A stretch of 24,153 nt of DNA from Thermodesulfovibrionales bacterium (GTDB lineage: Bacteria; Nitrospirota; Thermodesulfovibrionia; Thermodesulfovibrionales; UBA6898): NCBI GenBank assembly GCA_044450345.1, contig JBIOIY010000047.1, positions 1 through 24,153 on the forward strand. Direction: 5' to 3'. The position numbers and the translations under genes were made by a program. This document shows positions 16,594 to 23,494 of this stretch, piece by piece (position 1 is the stretch's first letter; each line of letters begins with the position of its first letter). The notes beneath the pieces are model-generated. The model did no database searches. It worked only from the letters and a program-made list of their open reading frames with translations, and was not told the origin of the DNA.

Positions 16594-17745
16594 TCATGCC
16601 AGGGTGTCATCTGAACCCATTATATCATACATAGCGCATCTGTAGAGGTCTCTCCCCAGCGGATTGCCAAGGATCTCGGCCCTGTACCTGCAACCGCCCC
16701 TGCAGTCCTCAAGATGTCTGCAGTCGCATGTAAGGTCGGTGAGTCTGACAGGTGCTATTTTTTGCCAGCATTTCCCAAGGCCGTCGGCAACGGCGCCCGC
16801 CGGTCTGTCGGAATAGAACGTGCATTTCGAAGCCCACCCGTCTGCGGATACGGACATAAGGTGAAGACCGCAGGCAAAACCGGGCGCGCCCGAGTGGACC
16901 CAGCCTCCATATCCATATGCGAGACACCTCCCGCCTTCCACCGGGCTTACCCGCAGGTCCTTATTGCTTTTCATCCTCCCCGCTATGCACGGCACGTCAA
17001 CGGTCCAGTCTTTGATACCCAACCCCCGGAAGAGTTTTTCCATCGCATCAAAGTCGCGCAAATTCGCGGAGTGGACCATGGTAGAGACGGAGACATCAAA
17101 GCCTTTGTCAAGACAGTTTCTCGCCGCATTAAGGGAATCCCGAAAAGTTCCTGTGCCCCGCAAGAGGTCGTGTGCGTCCTCAAGGCCGTCTATGCTTATC
17201 TGTATTTCATGGAAATTTAACCCTTCTAAACTCTCCCTGTTTAACAAGGTGCCGTTGGTGAGCAGGACCGTCCTGAGCGAGAATGCCGGGAGCATGCGGT
17301 TGATCTCCGCAAAGCTGCTGTGTAACAGAGGCTCTCCACCTGTAATGAGCAGTCTCAGCCCCTGCATTTTCTCGAACTCGATCAGCACCTTTCTTATGTC
17401 ATCGAGGGAGAGTTCTCGCTTACCGCTTTCTCCTATATAGCAGTGTCTGCACCTCAAGTTGCACCTGTCCGTGATCTGTAACTCCAGATACCGCAGAGAA
17501 TGGCGGGGAGATTTCATAAGGGGCGGCCTCCGGCACTTCACTACTTCCCGGACTAAAATGCCTTCCACGAGGCAATAGGCTGTAAATTCACGGTTTTCAG
17601 ATAGCCCTCCATCCTCGGAAGAACACTCTTTGAGAAACTCGAAGGATTCGTTGTCGAGCTCGTAAAGCTCGTCCGATTCGATATTATATACCGAAGGCGT
17701 CTCGAGCCATTTGAGCGCACATGTCTCCGATAAGAAGAAGCGCAT
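16594..17745 (-). CDS. Radical SAM/SPASM-domain protein, probable peptide maturase
   Basis: CNLRCRHC (CX3CX2C), ITGGEPLLH and QISIDG motifs. SPASM-like C…GWASKC…CDCRHLEDCRGGC…C. About 80-aa N-terminal extension ahead of the rSAM core. Confidence 0.88.
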   Translation of the reverse strand: MRFFLSETCALKWLETPSVYNIESDELYELDNESFEFLKECSSEDGGLSENREFTAYCLVEGILVREVVKCRRPPLMKSPRHSLRYLELQITDRCNLRCRHCYIGESGKRELSLDDIRKVLIEFEKMQGLRLLITGGEPLLHSSFAEINRMLPAFSLRTVLLTNGTLLNRESLEGLNFHEIQISIDGLEDAHDLLRGTGTFRDSLNAARNCLDKGFDVSVSTMVHSANLRDFDAMEKLFRGLGIKDWTVDVPCIAGRMKSNKDLRVSPVEGGRCLAYGYGGWVHSGAPGFACGLHLMSVSADGWASKCTFYSDRPAGAVADGLGKCWQKIAPVRLTDLTCDCRHLEDCRGGCRYRAEILGNPLGRDLYRCAMYDIMGSDDTLA

Positions 17746-17795
17746 TTCTTATATTACCCCGAATCCCCGGGCGGGGCCAACACCCCGCAGCAATT

Positions 17796-17899
17796 AAAAA
17801 AAATAAGCGGGCAGGCCCTGGGGATCGGGGATAGGCCTGCCCTTGGGGATCGAAGGTAAGCTTTCAAAATGGGGATCATTTGGAGGGTACTTACCTTCA
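17796..17899 (-). ncRNA. Candidate small RNA with four AUCCCC motifs and an intrinsic terminator
   Basis: Extended -10 TGGTAAGAT (17905-17913). 9-bp stem 17890-17898/17852-17860, 9-bp stem 17834-17842/17809-17817, then U8 (17796-17803). ATCCCC occurs four times, mostly in loops or the linker. Confidence 0.55.
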
Positions 17900-18011
17900 T
17901 AATTATCTTACCACGATTGGCAGGCAATCTGCCAGTGGAATGTGCTAAAAATTCATCAGCTGGGTCAATGGGCGGCATCGACCGTAAAGACAGCCTCCCC
18001 GTCAAATAATT

Positions 18012-18041
18012 TTGCACCGGCCCGGTTTTTAGAGATAGTAT
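18012..18041 (+). promoter_or_regulatory. Putative sigma-70 promoter giving a leaderless mRNA for the 18047 gene
   Basis: TTGCAC-N18-TAGTAT, 5 nt before the ATG. No SD. Confidence 0.45.
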
Positions 18042-18046
18042 AAATC

Positions 18047-18376
18047 ATGGCGCTTGTACAACAACTTTGCCTTCACTTTTGTCCCTACTACAAATCCTCA
18101 AAAAATGAGGAGCTTGCCTGCAGGGGGTTTATTGAGGTGCAGTCGCTGGTAGAGAAGGGCTGGCAGATCTCCTTTCATGGCCGCGGCGGCGCGGTGCGGA
18201 CGGAGACCGTAACGGCACTTGTGCAGAAAATATGCAAGGTCTGTCAGTTCCACAATGAAGATTGTGATTTCATCCTGAAAGGCCGTAAGGCTCCGCCCTG
18301 CGGCGGGTTTTTGTTGCTGGGACATCTTGTTGATGAGGGAACTATATCTATTGACGACATCGGGAAGATGGATTAA
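18047..18376 (+). CDS. Small Cys-rich hypothetical protein, probably metal-binding
   Basis: Seven Cys: CLHFCPYYK…LACRG…CKVCQF…DCDF…PPCGG. First of three co-directional genes. Confidence 0.7.
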   Translation: MALVQQLCLHFCPYYKSSKNEELACRGFIEVQSLVEKGWQISFHGRGGAVRTETVTALVQKICKVCQFHNEDCDFILKGRKAPPCGGFLLLGHLVDEGTISIDDIGKMD

Positions 18377-18409
18377 TCTTTATGTATCTTCTAGTATCGA
18401 GGGGGAATC

Positions 18410-18880
18410 ATGGAAACATTTTCATTGCGCGAAGCGGTAGAGCAGGCGGTGCAGACAGAAAGATTGGGGCATGAGTTTTACCTGGAGATGGCGAAACGTT
18501 TCAGGGACAACGCGCAGATGAAGGAGTTGTGCGAGACGCTTGCAAAGAAGGAACTTGATCATGAGAAAAGATTTTCGGAGCTGTTGGGGGATATAAGGGA
18601 TGACGGTGAGGCGGACTGGGACGAGGTCTCCAAATATTTGAGGGCCATCGTCGAGTCCGAGTTTTTTCTGGGCAAAGGAAAGTCGCTGCCTTCGCTGGAA
18701 AGAGTGAAGACCGTTGCCGATGCGGTAAAGCTCGCCATGGGTTTTGAGAAAGAGACGCTGCTATATTTTTATATGATAAGGGAAGTCCTTGCGGGAAAGG
18801 ACGTCATCTCCCGGATCATCGATGAAGAAAAGAGCCACATCGTCTGGCTTAACCGGTTCGCCCGAAGCGTTGCATACTAG
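18410..18880 (+). CDS. Ferritin-like / rubrerythrin-family diiron protein (no rubredoxin domain)
   Basis: Duplicated E…ExxH ligand sets (QTERLGHEFY…KELDHE; GFEKETLLYFY…EEKSH). GAGGGG RBS. Confidence 0.85.
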   Translation: METFSLREAVEQAVQTERLGHEFYLEMAKRFRDNAQMKELCETLAKKELDHEKRFSELLGDIRDDGEADWDEVSKYLRAIVESEFFLGKGKSLPSLERVKTVADAVKLAMGFEKETLLYFYMIREVLAGKDVISRIIDEEKSHIVWLNRFARSVAY

Positions 18881-19302
18881 TGCGGCAACTGATAGGATAT
18901 TCGCGGCTCCTCCATGGTGCGTTCAACCTTGCGGTCACGATTCTTTTCACTTACCATGGATGGACCGGTATCAGGATAAGAAAGGAGAGGAATGCCGGTG
19001 CCGTGACGCCTTCACTTATAAAAAAACACCGGAAGGCCGGGCCTTTTTTTGCGGCTTTGGGGCTTTTCGGCTTCATGTCAGGGATCATAATAGTTTTTAT
19101 ACACTTTGGCGTCATCGTTAAATATCCCCCGCATCTTGCCGTAGGGTCAGTGCTGGCCCTCTGCATCGTTACGACTTATGGGATATCCAGGGGAATCAAG
19201 ATCGGTTTGCCTGAGATGAGGACAATGCATTTTGCCCTTGGTCTCTGCACCTTGATCCTGTACGCTGCTCAGATCTTCTTGGGCCTTGGGTTGCTCTTTT
19301 GA
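18880..19302 (+). CDS. Four-TM His-containing membrane protein (DUF4079-like)
   Basis: Four hydrophobic helices, each preceded by His (LLHG, KKHR, PPHL, TMHF). GTG start overlaps the upstream TAG. Confidence 0.7.
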   Translation: MRQLIGYSRLLHGAFNLAVTILFTYHGWTGIRIRKERNAGAVTPSLIKKHRKAGPFFAALGLFGFMSGIIIVFIHFGVIVKYPPHLAVGSVLALCIVTTYGISRGIKIGLPEMRTMHFALGLCTLILYAAQIFLGLGLLF

Positions 19303-19347
19303 GAAGCCGGCTAGTGGCCCTAACACATTCAGATACATGGCCATTCC

Positions 19348-19376
19348 TTTACAAAGGGCGAAAGTTGTTGTAGAAT
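19348..19376 (+). promoter_or_regulatory. Sigma-70 promoter of tRNA-Ser
   Basis: TTTACA-N17-TAGAAT with an extended TG-like context, 11 nt upstream of the tRNA. Confidence 0.65.
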
Positions 19377-19387
19377 ATTTCGTTTTG

Positions 19388-19480
19388 GGAGAGGTGGCCG
19401 AGTCGGTCGAAGGCAGCCGCCTGCTAAGCGGTTGTGGGGGTAAAACTTCACCCAGGGTTCGAATCCCTGCCTCTCCGCCA
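19388..19480 (+). tRNA. tRNA-Ser(GCT)
   Basis: Acceptor GGAGAGG/CCTCTCC, G discriminator and encoded CCA. Anticodon loop CTGCTAA, long variable arm, GGTTCGAATCC T-arm. Confidence 0.97.
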
Positions 19481-19568
19481 TTTGGTGTTTATTGATTTGG
19501 TCTGATAATTACATGAAGGTCTGAAAGGAAGGTCTTTTAAGACTGAGTTAAATGAGGAGGTTATTATT

Positions 19569-20252
19569 ATGAAGAAAGTCTTAGTTGTAGTCTGCAGTCT
19601 TTCGTTGCTTCTGGCAGCAGGGGCCTGCAAGAAAAAACAGGAGCAGCCGGGCATGCAGCCCTCTATGCCCGGAGCACAGCAACAACTGCCGCCCGGACAT
19701 CCGGGGATGGGGCCGGGTGCACCCGGCGCCCCTGGAACTCCTGGGACCCCTGGAGCGCCTGCGATGCCTGGAGCACCTGCGATGCCTGGAGCACCTGCGA
19801 TGCCTGGAGCACCTGCGATGCCTGGGACGCCTGCGATGCCTGGGACGCCTGGCGGTGTGGTGATGCCGAAAGGTGAAACGAGGGTGAGCGTTCCGGATCC
19901 TGTAAAAGGCAAATGGAAGGGCGTGGTCCTGGTAGTCGAGGATAAGACTACCAAGAAGTCGGCGGAATATAAAGTGAACCTTAACAGCGAACTCAAGATC
20001 CCGAATTCAAATCTTAAGGTTGAAGTGGGAGAATTTCTGCCTGATTTCAGGATGAACGGCCTTGAGATCACGTCCATGTCAAATGATCCCAACAACCCTG
20101 CGGTCGGGATAAAGGTCTTCGAGGGCGGCAAACAGATATTCCCTGCCCCCGGGAAAAAGTGGGGTTGGCTATACGCCAAGTTCCCCACAATGCATCCTTT
20201 TGAGCATGCGAAGTATGCTATTGGACTTAAGGAAGGAATGAAGAAAGGCTAA
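19569..20252 (+). CDS. Lipoprotein with a Pro/Gly/Met-rich repeat linker and a beta-rich C-terminal domain (DUF2155-like)
   Basis: GAGGAGG RBS. Signal peptide ending LAAGA-C. PGHP motif, (PGAPAM)n linker, C-terminal GWLYAKFPTMHPFEH. Family name is from recall. Confidence 0.8.
   Translation: MKKVLVVVCSLSLLLAAGACKKKQEQPGMQPSMPGAQQQLPPGHPGMGPGAPGAPGTPGTPGAPAMPGAPAMPGAPAMPGAPAMPGTPAMPGTPGGVVMPKGETRVSVPDPVKGKWKGVVLVVEDKTTKKSAEYKVNLNSELKIPNSNLKVEVGEFLPDFRMNGLEITSMSNDPNNPAVGIKVFEGGKQIFPAPGKKWGWLYAKFPTMHPFEHAKYAIGLKEGMKKG
19749..19850 (+). repeat. 18-bp coding tandem repeat, about 5.7 copies (CCTGGAGCACCTGCGATG)
   Basis: Units start at 19749, 19767, 19785, 19803, 19821 and 19839 (partial). The three units at 19767, 19785 and 19803 are identical. 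Encodes PGAPAM/PGTPAM. Confidence 0.92.
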
Positions 20253-20270
20253 TAGGAAATCTTAAGGTGT

Positions 20271-20347
20271 GCGCCCTTAGCTCAGCTGGATAGAGCGTCG
20301 GACTACGAATCCGCAGGTCGGGGGTTCGACTCCCTCAGGGCGCGCCA
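20271..20347 (+). tRNA. tRNA-Arg(ACG), probable integration site
   Basis: GCGCCCT/AGGGCGC acceptor, anticodon loop CTACGAA, GGTTCGACTCC T-arm and encoded CCA. Confidence 0.97.
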
Positions 20348-20394
20348 CCTTTACCCTTGATAGAAGCCATTCTAAAGAGTGGTTAAGCTAAAAG

Positions 20395-20445
20395 AGACAA
20401 TAAAAAAGCAGGTGTACGGACAATGCACCTGCTTTTTTATTGTCT
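20395..20445. terminator. Bidirectional terminator between tRNA-Arg and the integrase
   Basis: Perfect 20-bp inverted repeat AGACAATAAAAAAGCAGGTG…CACCTGCTTTTTTATTGTCT. Confidence 0.85.
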
Positions 20446-20446
20446 A

Positions 20447-21808
20447 CTATACGTTTGCAGTGGTTTCTGAAAGTTGAAACAATGGGGAATTAGTATTGGT
20501 GTGATAAAAGTGTGATAGATTGGCAGGGGTGTGATTAGAAGCTATCTTCTTGCAAGCTGCCTTTATATCGCTCTCGTCAATTATCAAATAGCGCCTGAAC
20601 ACAGCATCGGTCTTGTGACCCGATATCAGCATGGCGGTTTTTTGTGGCACACCTTGATGTATAAGGTTCCTAACTCCCGTCCTCCTGAGGTCATGGAACA
20701 GGCGATCATCCCTGACAATTGAAGTACTACCACAATGAGAGCAGGGTATTTTTTTGCTTGCACGTTCAGCGGTATTGACAGTAAGGGCAAAGGTGTTTTC
20801 GCAGTCACGGCAGCGAAACTGTAAAGACCCCTTGAATTTAATAATGGCACTATCAAATGATTTTCTGAATTCGCCTATCTGTTTACCGTCAGGGGTAAAG
20901 AATAGATATTTGCAGTTGGGGAACCGTGTATCTCTGATTTGCTTATGATTTAGCATGTAAGACCACAGTGCATCGTCATAAACAAAAAATACACGGGGTT
21001 CATTGTTCTTTGTCTGAATACGTCTCAAGGTAATCTTGCGTTCATTCCAAGTGACTTGGTTATGCTCAATCCTTGTAATTTCTCCTTTACGCATTCCCGA
21101 AAAATACGCGAGCATATAAACTCCTTTAACGTGAAACGGTAACAAGTCCTTGAATGCTTCATATTCTTCCGGCTCAACAAACCCCTCCCTTATATGGTCT
21201 TCGGGTAGGGATGATATTTTGAGTGGTTCTGGAATTTTGCGGGGCCTAGATTCATAAGCGAGTGTGAACATACATTGAAGGGCTGAAAGTTCCCGATTAA
21301 TTGTTCCATTTTCTTTTCCTGCTTCAAGTCTGCTTTCGATATAAGCGTTAATATCATCCGTACTTATAGAGGTTGCTTTGCGGTTACTTCCCTTCCACTG
21401 TTTCATAAATCCGGCAAGGTCGTTTTTATGTAGGTTAAGATAGTCCTCCATCTGTGATATCTCAAGAACAGACATACTTAAAAAATAGCGTAATATATTT
21501 TTTGTCCGTGATACTAGACCTCGATAATCCTTGAGATTTCTTTTTTTAGGATCGGTAAGCATATCAACTGCAAGCTCAGTAAGTGTTGTGGTGTAGTGGC
21601 GCAATCCCATGAACCTTCCGTCTACTACCTCCCCTTGACGTGATTGTAAAGCACGTCTTACGGCGGTAATGGTCTTTGCCTTGCGTACGGGTTCACGGTA
21701 TTGTTTTCCGTTTCGGCTATACGCTATATAGTATCGGTTACCTCTCATATAAATTCCCTTTTCAACCCATTCGTATCTTTTGCTGTCGTTCTTTGTTTCT
21801 GTTCCCAT
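20447..21808 (-). CDS. int: Tyrosine recombinase / phage-type integrase with an inserted zinc-ribbon
   Basis: Arm-binding-like N-terminus (GIYMRGNRYYIAY), TINRELSAL, and catalytic GMRKGE, TKN, HDLRR, SGHKT and RRY motifs. Start is likely ATG at 21808 (GGAGGT RBS). Confidence 0.92.
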   Translation of the reverse strand: MGTETKNDSKRYEWVEKGIYMRGNRYYIAYSRNGKQYREPVRKAKTITAVRRALQSRQGEVVDGRFMGLRHYTTTLTELAVDMLTDPKKRNLKDYRGLVSRTKNILRYFLSMSVLEISQMEDYLNLHKNDLAGFMKQWKGSNRKATSISTDDINAYIESRLEAGKENGTINRELSALQCMFTLAYESRPRKIPEPLKISSLPEDHIREGFVEPEEYEAFKDLLPFHVKGVYMLAYFSGMRKGEITRIEHNQVTWNERKITLRRIQTKNNEPRVFFVYDDALWSYMLNHKQIRDTRFPNCKYLFFTPDGKQIGEFRKSFDSAIIKFKGSLQFRCRDCENTFALTVNTAERASKKIPCSHCGSTSIVRDDRLFHDLRRTGVRNLIHQGVPQKTAMLISGHKTDAVFRRYLIIDESDIKAACKKIASNHTPANLSHFYHTNTNSPLFQLSETTANV

Positions 21809-21916
21809 ATTATTTACCTCCATTTTATTGTAACCCACTTAGAGAAGCCGGTTAACAAATTTATATATACATTCAGCCAGACCCGAAGCCGTTATGTCAA
21901 TAATTAGTCAAGCACC

Positions 21917-23126
21917 TAGTGTAGTGTCTCATAAACGACTGGTGTTATTCTTTCTTGTCTTGCGAGAACGTGGTAATGTACAACCCGGCTGAATCTTTTC
22001 CAAAGTTTGTTTGCAGCCGGAAAGTTTTGCCATAATTGATTCTACCGTTGCTGTCCAGACAAATGGTTTTGGATCTGCATTCCAAACCTGCATGTATTCA
22101 TTGATTGAGGCGACAAGATCATTGACACTGATGAAGGTGCCGCGACGTATCCGTTTCCCGGTCAACTCTCCAAACCAGCGCTCTACCAAATTCAACCAGC
22201 TTGAACTGGTCGGGATAAAATGAGGCACAAAACGCGGATGCCGCTGTAGCCAGCCTTGAACTTTTGGGTGTTTATGTGTGCCGTAATTATCCATCACTAC
22301 ATGCAGTTTTATTTCTGAAGGAAACTCAGCATCCAGTCGTTTCAGGAATTTTAGAAATTCCTGGTGACGATGCCGAGCATAACACTGTCCAACCACTTTG
22401 CCCTGAGCCACTTCAATGGCCGCAAAAAGTGTCGTGGTGCCGTTACGTTTGTAATCATGGGTCATGGTTCCACAACGACCTTTCTTCAAAGGCAATCCCG
22501 GTTGCGTGCGATCTAATGCCTGAATCTGACTTTTCTCGTCTACACAAAGTACAAGAGCTTTCTCTGGAGGGTTGAGATACAGACCCACCACGTCGGTAAG
22601 TTTCTCCAAGAACCTGGGGTCGCGAGATAACTTAAACTGTTTGATTCGGTGTGGCTGGAGGCTATGGCTTTGCCACACCCGATTGATCGTTGACTTGCTC
22701 ACCCCTTGCTTCTTAGCCATTGCCCGGCAACTCCAGTGCGTGGCTCCGGCAGGTTTGGTTTGCAGCGTGGCGTTAACAACTGACTCAATCTTCTCTACCG
22801 TTAACTGTGGTTTACGGCCACGGCCTGCGGCGACTTCCCAGAGACAGTCGGGTCCTTCACTGTAAAAGCGATGCCGCCATAACGCTACAGTCTTATAGTT
22901 GATCTGCATGCTCATTGCTATATCTTTGTCTTGCCTGCCTGTAGCTGCAGCTAATATAATCCGACAACGTTGTGCGACCTGCTGCGGTGTTAGATGCGCA
23001 CACGCCCATCGTTTTAACTCCTGGCTATCTGTTTCACTTAAGGTTATCTGCACAGCACGCCGCGACATGCATACAGTTTAGCACAAAATATTATATAACA
23101 CCATCTATTTAAGGGACATTACACTA
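21917..23126 (-). mobile_element. Complete IS630-family insertion sequence with TA target duplication (CTAG site)
   Basis: Ends CTAGTGTAGTGTCTCATAAA (21916-21935) and reverse-complemented CTAGTGTAATGTCCCTTAAA (23108-23127) match at 17/20. TA at 21917-21918 and 23125-23126. Confidence 0.9.
21929..23068 (-). CDS. IS630-family transposase
   Basis: N-terminal HTH region, then CVDEKSQIQALDR, HDYKRNGTTTLFAA, VMDNYGTHK and SSWLNLVERWF (DDE triad). Uninterrupted 379 aa. Confidence 0.95.
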   Translation of the reverse strand: MSRRAVQITLSETDSQELKRWACAHLTPQQVAQRCRIILAAATGRQDKDIAMSMQINYKTVALWRHRFYSEGPDCLWEVAAGRGRKPQLTVEKIESVVNATLQTKPAGATHWSCRAMAKKQGVSKSTINRVWQSHSLQPHRIKQFKLSRDPRFLEKLTDVVGLYLNPPEKALVLCVDEKSQIQALDRTQPGLPLKKGRCGTMTHDYKRNGTTTLFAAIEVAQGKVVGQCYARHRHQEFLKFLKRLDAEFPSEIKLHVVMDNYGTHKHPKVQGWLQRHPRFVPHFIPTSSSWLNLVERWFGELTGKRIRRGTFISVNDLVASINEYMQVWNADPKPFVWTATVESIMAKLSGCKQTLEKIQPGCTLPRSRKTRKNNTSRL

Positions 23127-23129
23127 GCG

Positions 23130-23336
23130 TTAATTAAGGCTATTCGATATTGTGTTATTATCTATCCAGGAATCCATCTCATCTTTCGTGAGATAAATTG
23201 TTCGACCCCGTCCCCTGCGAACAAATTTCATCTCTCCTGCCGATATAATCGAGCGCAATGTCGATACAGGCATGGACATGTAGATGCTTGCCTGCTTCAG
23301 TGGGTATAGTCTCTTTTCTAGTGTTTGTGTCTTCAT
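23130..23336 (-). CDS. Excisionase-like helix-turn-helix protein
   Basis: 68-aa basic protein (LYPLKQASIYMSMPVSTLRSIISAGEMKFVRRG…DEMDSWI) with an Xis/HTH_17 pattern, upstream of int. Confidence 0.8.
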   Translation of the reverse strand: MKTQTLEKRLYPLKQASIYMSMPVSTLRSIISAGEMKFVRRGRGRTIYLTKDEMDSWIDNNTISNSLN

Positions 23337-23494
23337 TTCACGGACGTAAAGTTATTTTGAGTAGTTTTGGCCGAATGATTTTCTTCTTGGCTATAGTTTT
23401 TATCTTCTGCTTATTTTTGCCCGTAATTTGAGACGTCCTTTAGTGTCAAGTCTTCTTATTAGTTCCCTTTTCTTAATACTACAGCGAAGTTTGC

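Noticed and set aside
17754..18017. 87-aa minus-strand ORF upstream of the rSAM gene as alternative precursor
   Set aside because: No RBS, it crosses a terminator hairpin and U-tract, and it is better explained by the RNA structure. The downstream 20-aa ORF is the stronger candidate.
19749..19850. Tandem repeat considered as a CRISPR array
   Set aside because: No spacers, unit is 18 bp and in-frame within a CDS, and no cas genes are present.
19448..20188. Minus-strand 246-aa ORF with collagen-like GIAGAP repeats
   Set aside because: Antisense shadow of the lipoprotein gene, which has the RBS and lipobox. It also runs into tRNA-Ser.
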